A stretch of 64,000 nucleotides of DNA, from IMG/VR virus record IMGVR_UViG_3300044730_000954; one strand, written 5' to 3'. Below the pieces are notes generated by a model, which made no database searches, had not been told where the DNA came from, and saw nothing but the letters and a program-made list of their open reading frames with translations. The DNA comes from an uncultured virus (IMG/VR IMGVR_UViG_3300044730_000954). Lineage: Duplodnaviria > Heunggongvirae > Uroviricota > Caudoviricetes. Every line of letters starts with the position of its first letter. Within the stretch, counting starts at the first letter, position 1. Of the stretch, positions 1 to 8,122 are shown in pieces. Made by a program: the position numbers and the translations under genes.

Positions 1-349
1 CTGAAACCCAGTCCATAGAGTATAAAGAAATAGATGGGGTATTTGGATAAGTCCAATATGTATTATCTGGATTACCAAATGTAATTACTGAATTAGTAGT
101 TGCATAAACATTAGAATATTGAACACCATCAAATGTAATTGTTGTTGCTATTGGTATTTGATAAGAAGTGTCATCTCCACCGCATGTATCCATTGTATGT
201 ACTGTTGGAGTTGCATCACCTTCGTATGCTGCTGCAATTGCTTGTGATTGGACATAGTTTACACAAGTAGCATATGCATTGTTTGGAAATCCAAACATTG
301 CTGAAAATACAATTCCCACCACTGCAATTATGCGTAGGAATTTATTTAT
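1..349 (-). CDS. Secreted protein with nidogen/NIDO-like motif; partial, runs off the left edge; not in the ORF track
   Basis: Hand translation: (I)NKFLRIIAVVGIVFSAMFGFPNNAYA|TCVNY...GGDDTSYQIPIATTITFDGVQYSNVYATTNSVITFG. Sec signal peptide, AGGAG at 356-360, open to base 1. Confidence 0.7.
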   Translation of the reverse strand, partial: MNKFLRIIAVVGIVFSAMFGFPNNAYATCVNYVQSQAIAAAYEGDATPTVHTMDTCGGDDTSYQIPIATTITFDGVQYSNVYATTNSVITFGNPDNTYWTYPNTPSISLYSMDWVS

Positions 350-382
350 TTTATGCTCCTATTTAATTATATAGATAATCAT

Positions 383-391
383 ATTATATCA
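383..391 (-). promoter_or_regulatory. Extended -10 promoter TGATATAAT
   Basis: Exact TGnTATAAT just past a terminator and upstream of an SD; motif recurs across the window. Confidence 0.7.
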
Positions 392-393
392 TT

Positions 394-425
394 AAAAAAG
401 AAAAAGGCGCAGATTGCTCTGCGCC
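394..425 (-). terminator. Rho-independent terminator
   Basis: GGCGCAGA-GCAA-TCTGCGCC then TTTTTCTTTTTT, 20 nt after the stop at 445. Confidence 0.9.
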
Positions 426-444
426 CTAATCTTTAATTTGTTAA

Positions 445-1599
445 TTACTTAACAAGTGTGACCTTTGCTTTTGGATTCTTTGCATTCCACTTCTTTGCAA
501 GTGAATTGAAAGCAGCCTTCATGTCAGCAATTGCTTTAGCATTTTCTGCCTTGACTGCATCTAGTTCTGCCTTAGCAGCAGCCTGTGCATCTGAAAGAGC
601 CTTATCTGCAGCAACCTTAGCAGTTACAGCATTAGCCTTTAGAGTTACAACTTCTGCCTTTAGAGCAAGAATTTCTGCATCTGAAGCAGCCTTTGCATCA
701 GCAAGTGCCTTAGCGCCAGCAGCTTTTTCTGCAGCAAGTGCAGCATCGGCAGCAGCCTTAGCGGTTGCAGCAGCAGCAGTAGCAGCAGCCTTTTCTGCAG
801 CAAGTGCAGCGTTAGCAGCAGCAAGTGCGCCAGCAAGATCTGAAACAGTTACGATAGCAGTCTGTGATGTAACTGCAGTTGCAAGGGTTGGAACTGCAGT
901 AGGCGCTGTAATAGAAGCACCAACAGCAACAGTTCCAGCAGTTGCAGGAAGTGTTAGATCGGCAGAATACTTACCTGTTACAAGAGCATCGGCGGTAACT
1001 GAACCAGCAGTTACTCCACCAAGTGCCGTAACAGTAATTGTTTCACCACTCTTTGGATTTCCAAAAATATCTGATACTTCAAAAGTAGCAGTTACCTTTG
1101 ATGCAATTCCACCATTGGCAGGAACTGTCATCTTAAGATTGTAGGCAGGACCTACGGCTCCCTTAAGATATACGGTTGTTGCTGCTCCAGTTACGGATGC
1201 AGTAAGAGCAGATGCAGATGTGCTAGTTGTAAATACATAAACTGTAGCAGTTGTGCTTGCTGGCGTTACTGTAAGACTTGTAACTCCAGATGCTGATGTT
1301 ACTGTAGCACCAAGAGCGCTTACAATTTTAGCATTTCCAGTTGTAGTAAATGTTACTGGTGTTCCAGCAACTACTGTAGCAACAACAGTTAGTGCCTCTT
1401 CGGAACCAACAGTTGAAGTATCAGAAACAACATTATCAAACGGAACCTTAATTACATAAGGCGCTGCAGCAGTACCAGAACCAGAGTTAGCAGTTGTTAC
1501 TGCTAGAGATACTGTGTTGGCACTTGCAGGTGTTGCAACAATTGTGCCCAAAGTCATGGCTGCAACCAGACCAAGAGCGATCTTCTTAAATGAATTCAT
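445..1599 (-). CDS. Secreted Ala/Thr/Val-rich surface protein (Ig-like beta domains, Ala-rich coiled coil, basic C-terminus)
   Basis: Signal peptide MNSFKKIALGLVAAMTLGTIVATPASA; SD GAGGAG at 1604-1609 supports ATG 1599. Confidence 0.75.
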   Translation of the reverse strand: MNSFKKIALGLVAAMTLGTIVATPASANTVSLAVTTANSGSGTAAAPYVIKVPFDNVVSDTSTVGSEEALTVVATVVAGTPVTFTTTGNAKIVSALGATVTSASGVTSLTVTPASTTATVYVFTTSTSASALTASVTGAATTVYLKGAVGPAYNLKMTVPANGGIASKVTATFEVSDIFGNPKSGETITVTALGGVTAGSVTADALVTGKYSADLTLPATAGTVAVGASITAPTAVPTLATAVTSQTAIVTVSDLAGALAAANAALAAEKAAATAAAATAKAAADAALAAEKAAGAKALADAKAASDAEILALKAEVVTLKANAVTAKVAADKALSDAQAAAKAELDAVKAENAKAIADMKAAFNSLAKKWNAKNPKAKVTLVK

Positions 1600-1626
1600 T
1601 TTTCTCCTCGTATAATTCATTGTATT

Positions 1627-3408
1627 TTATATTAGTTTGTATTGATTAAGGTAATCCTCAACATCGTCGGGAATTTCCTTAGTATCTAATTCTACCATAG
1701 CCCTTTGCTTTTCTGCAAGTCGGCTAGCAGAACTCCAAGTATGAACTTCAATTTCAAGATTAGAATCCCTACTTGTATGAGAAATTGCCCCAAATACCGC
1801 CCCACAAACGGCATCTGCCAAGTCCTTAGATTTCTTTCTTGGGTGATCTATACGATTATTTTTCATAATCTTAAGCTCACTCATTTCATCAAGAAGTAAA
1901 GGAATATATGGCATAGCAATTCTTTCTTCATATATCATCATAGCAAGGTCTTCATAGTGTTTCTTAGCAACAGAAACTGTATCAGTTCTCATTCCTACCG
2001 CCTTTAGTTCCTGTTGAATATCAAAGGACTGCCAACGATCAAATGTAACCATACCTATATTAAAACCTTCTCTACGAAGATTCATTATCCATTTTTTAAC
2101 CTCAGATAAGTCAACTGGACCTTCTACCTTCGGTTCCCACCATGCAACAGCATCAACGATAACAATGGGAGCAACCTGTTCATAGTCTTTAATTACCTGA
2201 ACATTTACCCATCGCTCAACATGTGCAATTGCTACAGCACATTTATCGTGTTTTTGTGCAAGATCGGCATGAACATAATAAATTTTATCAGGGTCTGGTT
2301 TAAAAGTCAAATCAAATCTTCTATAATTATCCACAGGATTTCTGAGTGTCATACATTTTTCTAATTTATCTTTTTGTTTGAAGAATGCATCAGATGAATA
2401 TGTAGGGGTACATAAAAATCTCATCATTGCATCTCCTAAATCTGTTAAAAATGCAATCTTAAAATCATCAATCTTTCTAGTAGGATTTACTTCCCATGTA
2501 GGTCTTTTTAATGCAAACATTCGTGGGTATTTATAAGATTGAATATGATCTTCTTCCCATACTATTTCAAATTCATTATCTGGTCCTTCTGGTAATTCTT
2601 CATTAATAATAAATTTATGTCGTCTTTCTATTGTTTCTTTTTCCATAATTACATCTTCGTACCGTTTTGAAATAAAATCACCGTTATAACGAGGAAATGA
2701 AAGAAGAACTACTTTACCAAGATCTGGAAAACGAGAATCTACTGTACCTCTAAAAGCTTTATATATATTATCTGCTGTTTTACCCTGCTCATTTCCTGTT
2801 CCTACCTCAGTAGCAAAGCCTGATATTTCATCAAGCACCGCCATAAATAAGTTAAGACCCTCATGAGATTCACGTTCAGAGTGTCCAGAATAAACAGTTA
2901 TAGATTTATTAAAATCAATTGAATTTACTTTTGCTTCATATTTACCAGCAAACCAAGGTGACTTTTCAATTTTATTTTTAAAACCTTTAAAGAAAACATT
3001 TTTAGCTTGTTCTGCGTTAATAGCAACGTTAATAATATCTATTGCATCTCCACTTGGCTTTCCGAAATATCTGGCAGGGTCTTTAAGACAAAGTAACTTA
3101 TAAACAACGTAAGCACAAGCCACAGTAGAAACAAAGTCTTTACCACTACCTTTACCGAGCTGAAGAATGATTTCGTTTTTGGTATATTTGTCATAATGCG
3201 ATCCTCCTTCTGCAGTACCCATTAAGTCCTGCAAATCTTCCTTCCTATAAATTTGACTCATTGCTTCAACAATGTCATATTGAATTTTTGACAGCGGTGG
3301 CTGTGCAAGATATTCTGGAGACTCAACAAATGTTTTTACATCTACTGGTGTCTCTTCAAAATGATTATCTTTAAGTACCTCAAGAAAATCATTGAACATT
3401 GTGGACAA
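1627..3408 (-). CDS. terL: Terminase large subunit
   Basis: Walker A QLGKGSGKD, Walker B AVLDE, nuclease motifs HADLA, TFDRWQS and DHP..KSKDLADA. Confidence 0.92.
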   Translation of the reverse strand: MSTMFNDFLEVLKDNHFEETPVDVKTFVESPEYLAQPPLSKIQYDIVEAMSQIYRKEDLQDLMGTAEGGSHYDKYTKNEIILQLGKGSGKDFVSTVACAYVVYKLLCLKDPARYFGKPSGDAIDIINVAINAEQAKNVFFKGFKNKIEKSPWFAGKYEAKVNSIDFNKSITVYSGHSERESHEGLNLFMAVLDEISGFATEVGTGNEQGKTADNIYKAFRGTVDSRFPDLGKVVLLSFPRYNGDFISKRYEDVIMEKETIERRHKFIINEELPEGPDNEFEIVWEEDHIQSYKYPRMFALKRPTWEVNPTRKIDDFKIAFLTDLGDAMMRFLCTPTYSSDAFFKQKDKLEKCMTLRNPVDNYRRFDLTFKPDPDKIYYVHADLAQKHDKCAVAIAHVERWVNVQVIKDYEQVAPIVIVDAVAWWEPKVEGPVDLSEVKKWIMNLRREGFNIGMVTFDRWQSFDIQQELKAVGMRTDTVSVAKKHYEDLAMMIYEERIAMPYIPLLLDEMSELKIMKNNRIDHPRKKSKDLADAVCGAVFGAISHTSRDSNLEIEVHTWSSASRLAEKQRAMVELDTKEIPDDVEDYLNQYKLI

Positions 3409-3928
3409 CTGTTATAACCTCTCCCTCTTTAGCAATAGCAGATAGCCTTTGCATAATTAAGTCACGCACTTCTGGATGCTCTGATGCAATATCACGAAGA
3501 ATGCCAACAAGAACTTCTTGTCTACGTTCAATTTCAACCATCTCTTCTGCAAGTTCTTTATTCTCTAACAAACCTGCTTTTTGTAGCATATCAATACGAC
3601 GTGCCTCAATATCCATAACAAGTTTAATTGCTGCAGTCTTGGCACTTAAATTAGCAGTAGTGCTAGCATCATCAATAACTTCATATGCCTGCTGAATTAG
3701 TTTAGTATAGTGTGCATCTGCACCAACAAGTGCATCTTTTGCACGTGCACGAATAGCATCGTTAGCAGATGCCATAGCCTTCCACTCATTAAGATGTGCA
3801 ACAACACGAGTACGAGGAAGGTCTAGAGTTTTAGAAATTCTCGTAGGGTCATTACCCTTAAGATATTCTTCAACTACCTTGTTTACCTCATCAAGGTGTT
3901 TTACGATTTCTATTTCTGCGTTTGTCAT
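3389..3928 (-). CDS. Probable terminase small subunit
   Basis: N-terminal HTH-like segment, helical body, overlaps the terL start. Confidence 0.6.
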   Translation of the reverse strand: MTNAEIEIVKHLDEVNKVVEEYLKGNDPTRISKTLDLPRTRVVAHLNEWKAMASANDAIRARAKDALVGADAHYTKLIQQAYEVIDDASTTANLSAKTAAIKLVMDIEARRIDMLQKAGLLENKELAEEMVEIERRQEVLVGILRDIASEHPEVRDLIMQRLSAIAKEGEVITVVHNVQ

Positions 3929-4166
3929 ATTTGCCTTCTAGTCTATTGATTTCATCTTGAATATAAAAGATAGCCTTTTTCAAATCTTCAATATGCTTAG
4001 ATTCATCTTTAATACCAGCCCTCCAGAGATACTTTATTGCGTTACCAATATTAAAGTTTCTGTGTCTAGTAATTTCAATTGCCTCTACTCCACTTGGATC
4101 TGTAGTGTAGTGGTATGGATGGTTAACTTGGTCAACCTTGATAATAAATTTTTCTTTATCACTCAT
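3891..4166 (-). CDS. DUF3310 (SaV-like) phage protein
   Basis: VNHPYHY...EAIEI...FNIGNAIKYLWRAGIK...EDLKKAIFY signature. Confidence 0.85.
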   Translation of the reverse strand: MSDKEKFIIKVDQVNHPYHYTTDPSGVEAIEITRHRNFNIGNAIKYLWRAGIKDESKHIEDLKKAIFYIQDEINRLEGKYDKRRNRNRKTP

Positions 4167-4318
4167 CGTTTTGATTTCCTTAGTCCAAATTTAGCAAGGT
4201 AAACATAGATTGTTTCTACGCTTGCCCCACATTCTTTGGCAATATCTTGTGGAGACTTTTTATCCATAACATATCTTTTACGAAGCCAAGTCTCGTTTGT
4301 ATATAGTTTACCAGTCAT
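4163..4318 (-). CDS. 51-aa HTH protein (below the ORF track cutoff)
   Basis: MTGKLYTNETWLRKRYVMDKKSPQDIAKECGASVETIYVYLAKFGLRKSKR; fills the gap, ATGA overlap with the next gene. Confidence 0.8.
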   Translation of the reverse strand: MTGKLYTNETWLRKRYVMDKKSPQDIAKECGASVETIYVYLAKFGLRKSKR

Positions 4319-4320
4319 AT

Positions 4321-4899
4321 CTAGTCCTTGTCAAATTTCACAGCCTTTTCCCAGTTATTTATAGCCCAATGCCCAATACCTGCTGCATCTGCCACATCAT
4401 AATCATCAATCTTTTTATCATATGCTATCTCTAATAGCTTTATTGTTCTTTTCTTTCTAAAATCACGTTCATATGATTTATACCAAGATAAAGACTTACC
4501 AGGATTTACTGCCCTTACCTGTAGTTGTTCTTCTTTACTTAGTTTCTTATTACCTAAATAACTTTGCCATGTTATTGGCGATACCCTGCCAATTAAAGAT
4601 ATGCCAGATAATCCAGCACCTCCAAGAATCGCACCTTGAACCAAAGCAAGGTCTGCTGCAGTTTTCGGGGAATTCATAAAAACAGTATGCTCAATAACAA
4701 TAGTCTTAATCATATTATAATGATCAAATAATGCTTTAGTTTTAGCAGTAGCATCTATTACTTTTTCATATATATTATTACCCTCAAAGTTTATTTTTCC
4801 ATATCCTGTCAAAGTTTTATGGGTATAAAAAGCAAATGCAAGACTATTAGTGCTAGCATCAATAGCACAAATATGTGTTGGTTGATTAATCTTGCTCAT
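4321..4899 (-). CDS. RuvC-like Holliday junction resolvase
   Basis: CAIDAST, IVIE and DVADA acidic motifs of the RNase H fold; start could be 4905. Confidence 0.8.
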   Translation of the reverse strand: MSKINQPTHICAIDASTNSLAFAFYTHKTLTGYGKINFEGNNIYEKVIDATAKTKALFDHYNMIKTIVIEHTVFMNSPKTAADLALVQGAILGGAGLSGISLIGRVSPITWQSYLGNKKLSKEEQLQVRAVNPGKSLSWYKSYERDFRKKRTIKLLEIAYDKKIDDYDVADAAGIGHWAINNWEKAVKFDKD

Positions 4900-5176
4900 A
4901 ATCAAAATATCCTTTAATTTCTTTTAACATTTTATCTACTGCCTTTTTGCTAATATTACAGTTTGAACAAAATCCAGAATCGTTATAAATTGAAAGCTGT
5001 TGTCCACATCCACCCAAACATTTACGAGATTTGCCTATTCTCTTCTGACGACGAGTTAATTGATATCTTTCTGCTATTTTTTCTCTAGTTGAGATATCTC
5101 TACACTCTTCGCTACAGTAAATTTGATAACTTACTTTGGGTTTAAATTTTGTGTCACATCTTTCACACGACTTCAC
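4886..5176 (-). CDS. Cys-rich zinc-binding protein
   Basis: CxxC..YCSEEC..CLGGC..FCSNC. Confidence 0.7.
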   Translation of the reverse strand: MKSCERCDTKFKPKVSYQIYCSEECRDISTREKIAERYQLTRRQKRIGKSRKCLGGCGQQLSIYNDSGFCSNCNISKKAVDKMLKEIKGYFDYEQD

Positions 5177-5996
5177 TCAATCCCTCCATAGATTTTATTT
5201 TTATTAATCCTGGTTCAGCTTTGTCACAGGCTGCCTTTACTGGGCACTCTTTACAAATTTTTGAGTTAGATCTATAGTTTTTTTGTGGAAGATTTCTATC
5301 TTTCCAAGCTTTGTAGACTTCACGCATCCAGTCAAAAGTATTATTTACCCAAGTTATATAAGTTTCATTTACCTCTATTGGAAAAACTAATAGTTCGTGA
5401 TTATTTTTATTTTCATAAATAAGTGCACCTTTTTGTTTTCCTAGCACTCGCATATAAATAATCAACTGCATCAGATGATATTTTGCTGGCTCCCCTCTGA
5501 GTTTATGTCGCTCAAAAGCCTCATCCTTCATTGTTTTTATTTCACCAACAACCTCTTCGTCTCCCAGAAGAAGCATTGCATCTCCCCAACCAGAAATTGG
5601 CGGATCATTACATTCTATCTTAAACTCTGTAGTATCTTTCTCTTCTTTATATTTATCAAAATGCTTTTGGTCTAGAAACTTTTTTGCTACCCCTGAATCC
5701 ATCATTGCATCTTGAATTCTGTCATGAGACATTGTTCCAGCAGTCATATTAGCAATATCATATGGATCATTGTAACTCTCAAATATGTTTCCCTCAAATG
5801 CTAAGTACCAGTATCTTGGGCATTCGCCATGTCCATAAACAAGTCCAGACGGAGCGAAAGTTTTCTTTTTAGTAAACTTTGGTACTTGCTTTGCAATATA
5901 CCCACTATTAATCTTTTCTATAAGAGCAGCAGAGTCAAGTATATGATTTTTATCGTCAGACTTTTTCATCATTTGCTTTATCAAATTTTTAGTCAT
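5163..5996 (-). CDS. Cas4-like PD-(D/E)XK exonuclease
   Basis: CPRYWY, GT..HD, GWGD..GEIKT, QLIIY and C-terminal CxxC.....C. Confidence 0.85.
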   Translation of the reverse strand: MTKNLIKQMMKKSDDKNHILDSAALIEKINSGYIAKQVPKFTKKKTFAPSGLVYGHGECPRYWYLAFEGNIFESYNDPYDIANMTAGTMSHDRIQDAMMDSGVAKKFLDQKHFDKYKEEKDTTEFKIECNDPPISGWGDAMLLLGDEEVVGEIKTMKDEAFERHKLRGEPAKYHLMQLIIYMRVLGKQKGALIYENKNNHELLVFPIEVNETYITWVNNTFDWMREVYKAWKDRNLPQKNYRSNSKICKECPVKAACDKAEPGLIKIKSMEGLSEVV

Positions 5997-6023
5997 TATA
6001 ATCCTTTTTATCTATTATATCAT

Positions 6024-6341
6024 TTAACGAATTATGTACTTAAGAGCAGAGACTAAATTATTGATTGCTTCTGCTGCGGTATAGTATATATTTTTCTTGC
6101 TTCTGTCTGACTTATCCACATTAGTCAACCATGTTGCCTTTAATGACATTTTTGCTGCAATAGCCTGTAGCCTTACTATTTCTACAGTTGCTACATTGAG
6201 CGGTATATCTGGTTTGATAATAACTTTAGCAATAAATGTAAGAGCAGTAGTTAACTCTTCATCTTTCATATAATCTGCTATTTCTGATAGTCCATTTACC
6301 ATATCAAGCGTTGTTTGTTGTGGCTGTGCCTGTTCCGCCAT
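6024..6341 (-). CDS. Hypothetical helical protein
   Basis: Coupled ORF in the operon with GGAGG SD. Confidence 0.7.
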   Translation of the reverse strand: MAEQAQPQQTTLDMVNGLSEIADYMKDEELTTALTFIAKVIIKPDIPLNVATVEIVRLQAIAAKMSLKATWLTNVDKSDRSKKNIYYTAAEAINNLVSALKYIIR

Positions 6342-6633
6342 TTTGTGCCTCCCATGTTAATTGATCTAATAAGTCAAATTCTATAATTGCAAGACGAGTT
6401 TTTTTGTTACCCTCTCCTAGTATTACTACTATGGCTGGAGATTTATCTGTACCCGCTTTAATAGCATCTGTAGCTGCTTTAGCCCAAACATCTTGGTTTA
6501 GGGTAAAAGACTTTGAGGACTCTTTAAAGTCAACAACAAAATCCCTCCATGTCGCATCTCCCTTTTTAGTATTGCGACCAGAGTTCTTGTGCTGTTTAGC
6601 ACCTATCCTTTTACTCTCTGTTCTTTCGCTCAT
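6304..6633 (-). CDS. Hjc-like PD-(D/E)XK resolvase/endonuclease
   Basis: E..NSG..KGD..VVDFK motif. Confidence 0.65.
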   Translation of the reverse strand: MSERTESKRIGAKQHKNSGRNTKKGDATWRDFVVDFKESSKSFTLNQDVWAKAATDAIKAGTDKSPAIVVILGEGNKKTRLAIIEFDLLDQLTWEAQNGGTGTATTNNA

Positions 6634-6796
6634 AATCCTTCTTTGTCATTTTTATTTGTGACTTTGATAAATGCTTTTTGCTACACATCCAAGTCAGCTC
6701 TAATGATTCTTTCCATAATCTCAAAGAGTCCACTTCTTCTTTGCATGTATGACATGGAAATTTTCCAACATATACAGAAAATTTTTGATTAGACAT
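6611..6796 (-). CDS. Small zinc-ribbon protein
   Basis: CHTC...CSKKH; overlaps both neighbours. Confidence 0.65.
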   Translation of the reverse strand: MSNQKFSVYVGKFPCHTCKEEVDSLRLWKESLELTWMCSKKHLSKSQIKMTKKDYERKNRE

Positions 6797-7805
6797 TTGA
6801 TAACTTGGTCTTAAATGATTCTTGCAAGTCCAAATCCTCTCGCACTCTGTTAATTAATCCGTCTCTTCCTTGTACCTTTGTACCATCTTCTAATTGATAC
6901 CAAGCACCAGTTCTATTTATATGCCCAGCCAATTCAGCGGTATCAACAAGATCGCCAATAGTATCAACGCCAAGATTATCACCTCTAAAATAGAAATCAT
7001 ATTCACCACTTTGGAAGGCAGGCGAAGTTTTAGAGAATTGTAATTCCCAACGAACTTTGCGACCAATCTTTTCCTCAATAAGTTTATCTCCAACATGTAT
7101 CTTCCCCTTTATCGCTTGGTTGTCTGATTCAGATGAGAATAGTTTAATTACTGTAGATGAGTAGAACTTTGTAGCCTGCCCACCTGTTGGCTGTTGACTT
7201 GTATACATTGCATTAATATTATTGCGTGATTGACTAATCAAAACAAATAATGTTGGCTTTACCTTATTATTAGCATAGTTAATCATTTTCCAAGCATTGC
7301 TAAAGTCACGAGATTCAGCGCCGATCTGCTTAGTATTTTCTAATTGCTTAAGTTCATCTGAATCTTTTTCAAAATAAATTGCAGGTAGAAGAGAAGTAAT
7401 ACTGTCTACTACAATAAGATCTACTCCAGCCTCCATTAAATTAATTCCAATATCAACCATCTCATTAATTGTTCTTGCTTGTGAGACAATTAATTTAGAT
7501 GTATCTACCCCAAGTTTTTCTGCCCAATCTTTATCGTATGACATTTCTGCATCAATCCATGCACATACTTTTCCCTCTTTTTGTGCAATACCAATCATCT
7601 GTAAACATAAAGATGACTTAGCACTTGACTTACTTCCCCAGATAAGAACCTGCCTTCCATATGGTAGTCCACCATTTAAAGCACGGTTTAGTCCAAAGCT
7701 AGGTGTTGCTGCATATTCAGTTTTCGGTACAGCATCTCCAACCAATATACTTTTTCTTAATTTAGGATTTAATTGCGCCAATACTTCTTCAACTGTAATT
7801 GTCAT
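6789..7805 (-). CDS. recA: RecA/UvsX-like recombinase
   Basis: GGLPYGR, variant Walker A GSKSSAKS, WIDAE, IVVDS, PTGGQATKFYSS, GAWY. Confidence 0.93.
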   Translation of the reverse strand: MTITVEEVLAQLNPKLRKSILVGDAVPKTEYAATPSFGLNRALNGGLPYGRQVLIWGSKSSAKSSLCLQMIGIAQKEGKVCAWIDAEMSYDKDWAEKLGVDTSKLIVSQARTINEMVDIGINLMEAGVDLIVVDSITSLLPAIYFEKDSDELKQLENTKQIGAESRDFSNAWKMINYANNKVKPTLFVLISQSRNNINAMYTSQQPTGGQATKFYSSTVIKLFSSESDNQAIKGKIHVGDKLIEEKIGRKVRWELQFSKTSPAFQSGEYDFYFRGDNLGVDTIGDLVDTAELAGHINRTGAWYQLEDGTKVQGRDGLINRVREDLDLQESFKTKLSNV

Positions 7806-8122
7806 TAGAAACGTACCCCATGCTTCTTTGGTCTGCCTGTATTCTTTTCCATCTTCTCTTTTATAGCATAGTCAAGAGATTTTGTCATATATCCTGCTTC
7901 AACCATTCCAGCATACAAATCAAGGGTACGAATAATAATATCTGCAAACTCATCTGACATTTGATCTGGATCCATTTCCTTACGAAGAGCTTCCATTGCC
8001 TCCACTACTTCTGAAACAATCATCATCATTTGCTTGGCTACAAAAATAGGATCTACTGTTCTATCCCAAAATCCTTTATCAACTGCATTCTTATGTATCT
8101 GTTCTGCTAATTCATCAAACAT
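7805..8122 (-). CDS. MazG-like NTP pyrophosphohydrolase
   Basis: SEVVEAMEA...DEFADIIIR..D, KMEKN..RP..HG. Confidence 0.85.
   Translation of the reverse strand: MFDELAEQIHKNAVDKGFWDRTVDPIFVAKQMMMIVSEVVEAMEALRKEMDPDQMSDEFADIIIRTLDLYAGMVEAGYMTKSLDYAIKEKMEKNTGRPKKHGVRF

Noticed and set aside
458..1144. 228-aa + strand ORF
   Set aside because: Antisense shadow of an Ala-rich gene with GCT/GCA codons; no SD or promoter
5163..5996. Cas4 as a sign of CRISPR-Cas
   Set aside because: Solo Cas4-like exonucleases are common in phage recombination modules; no other cas genes
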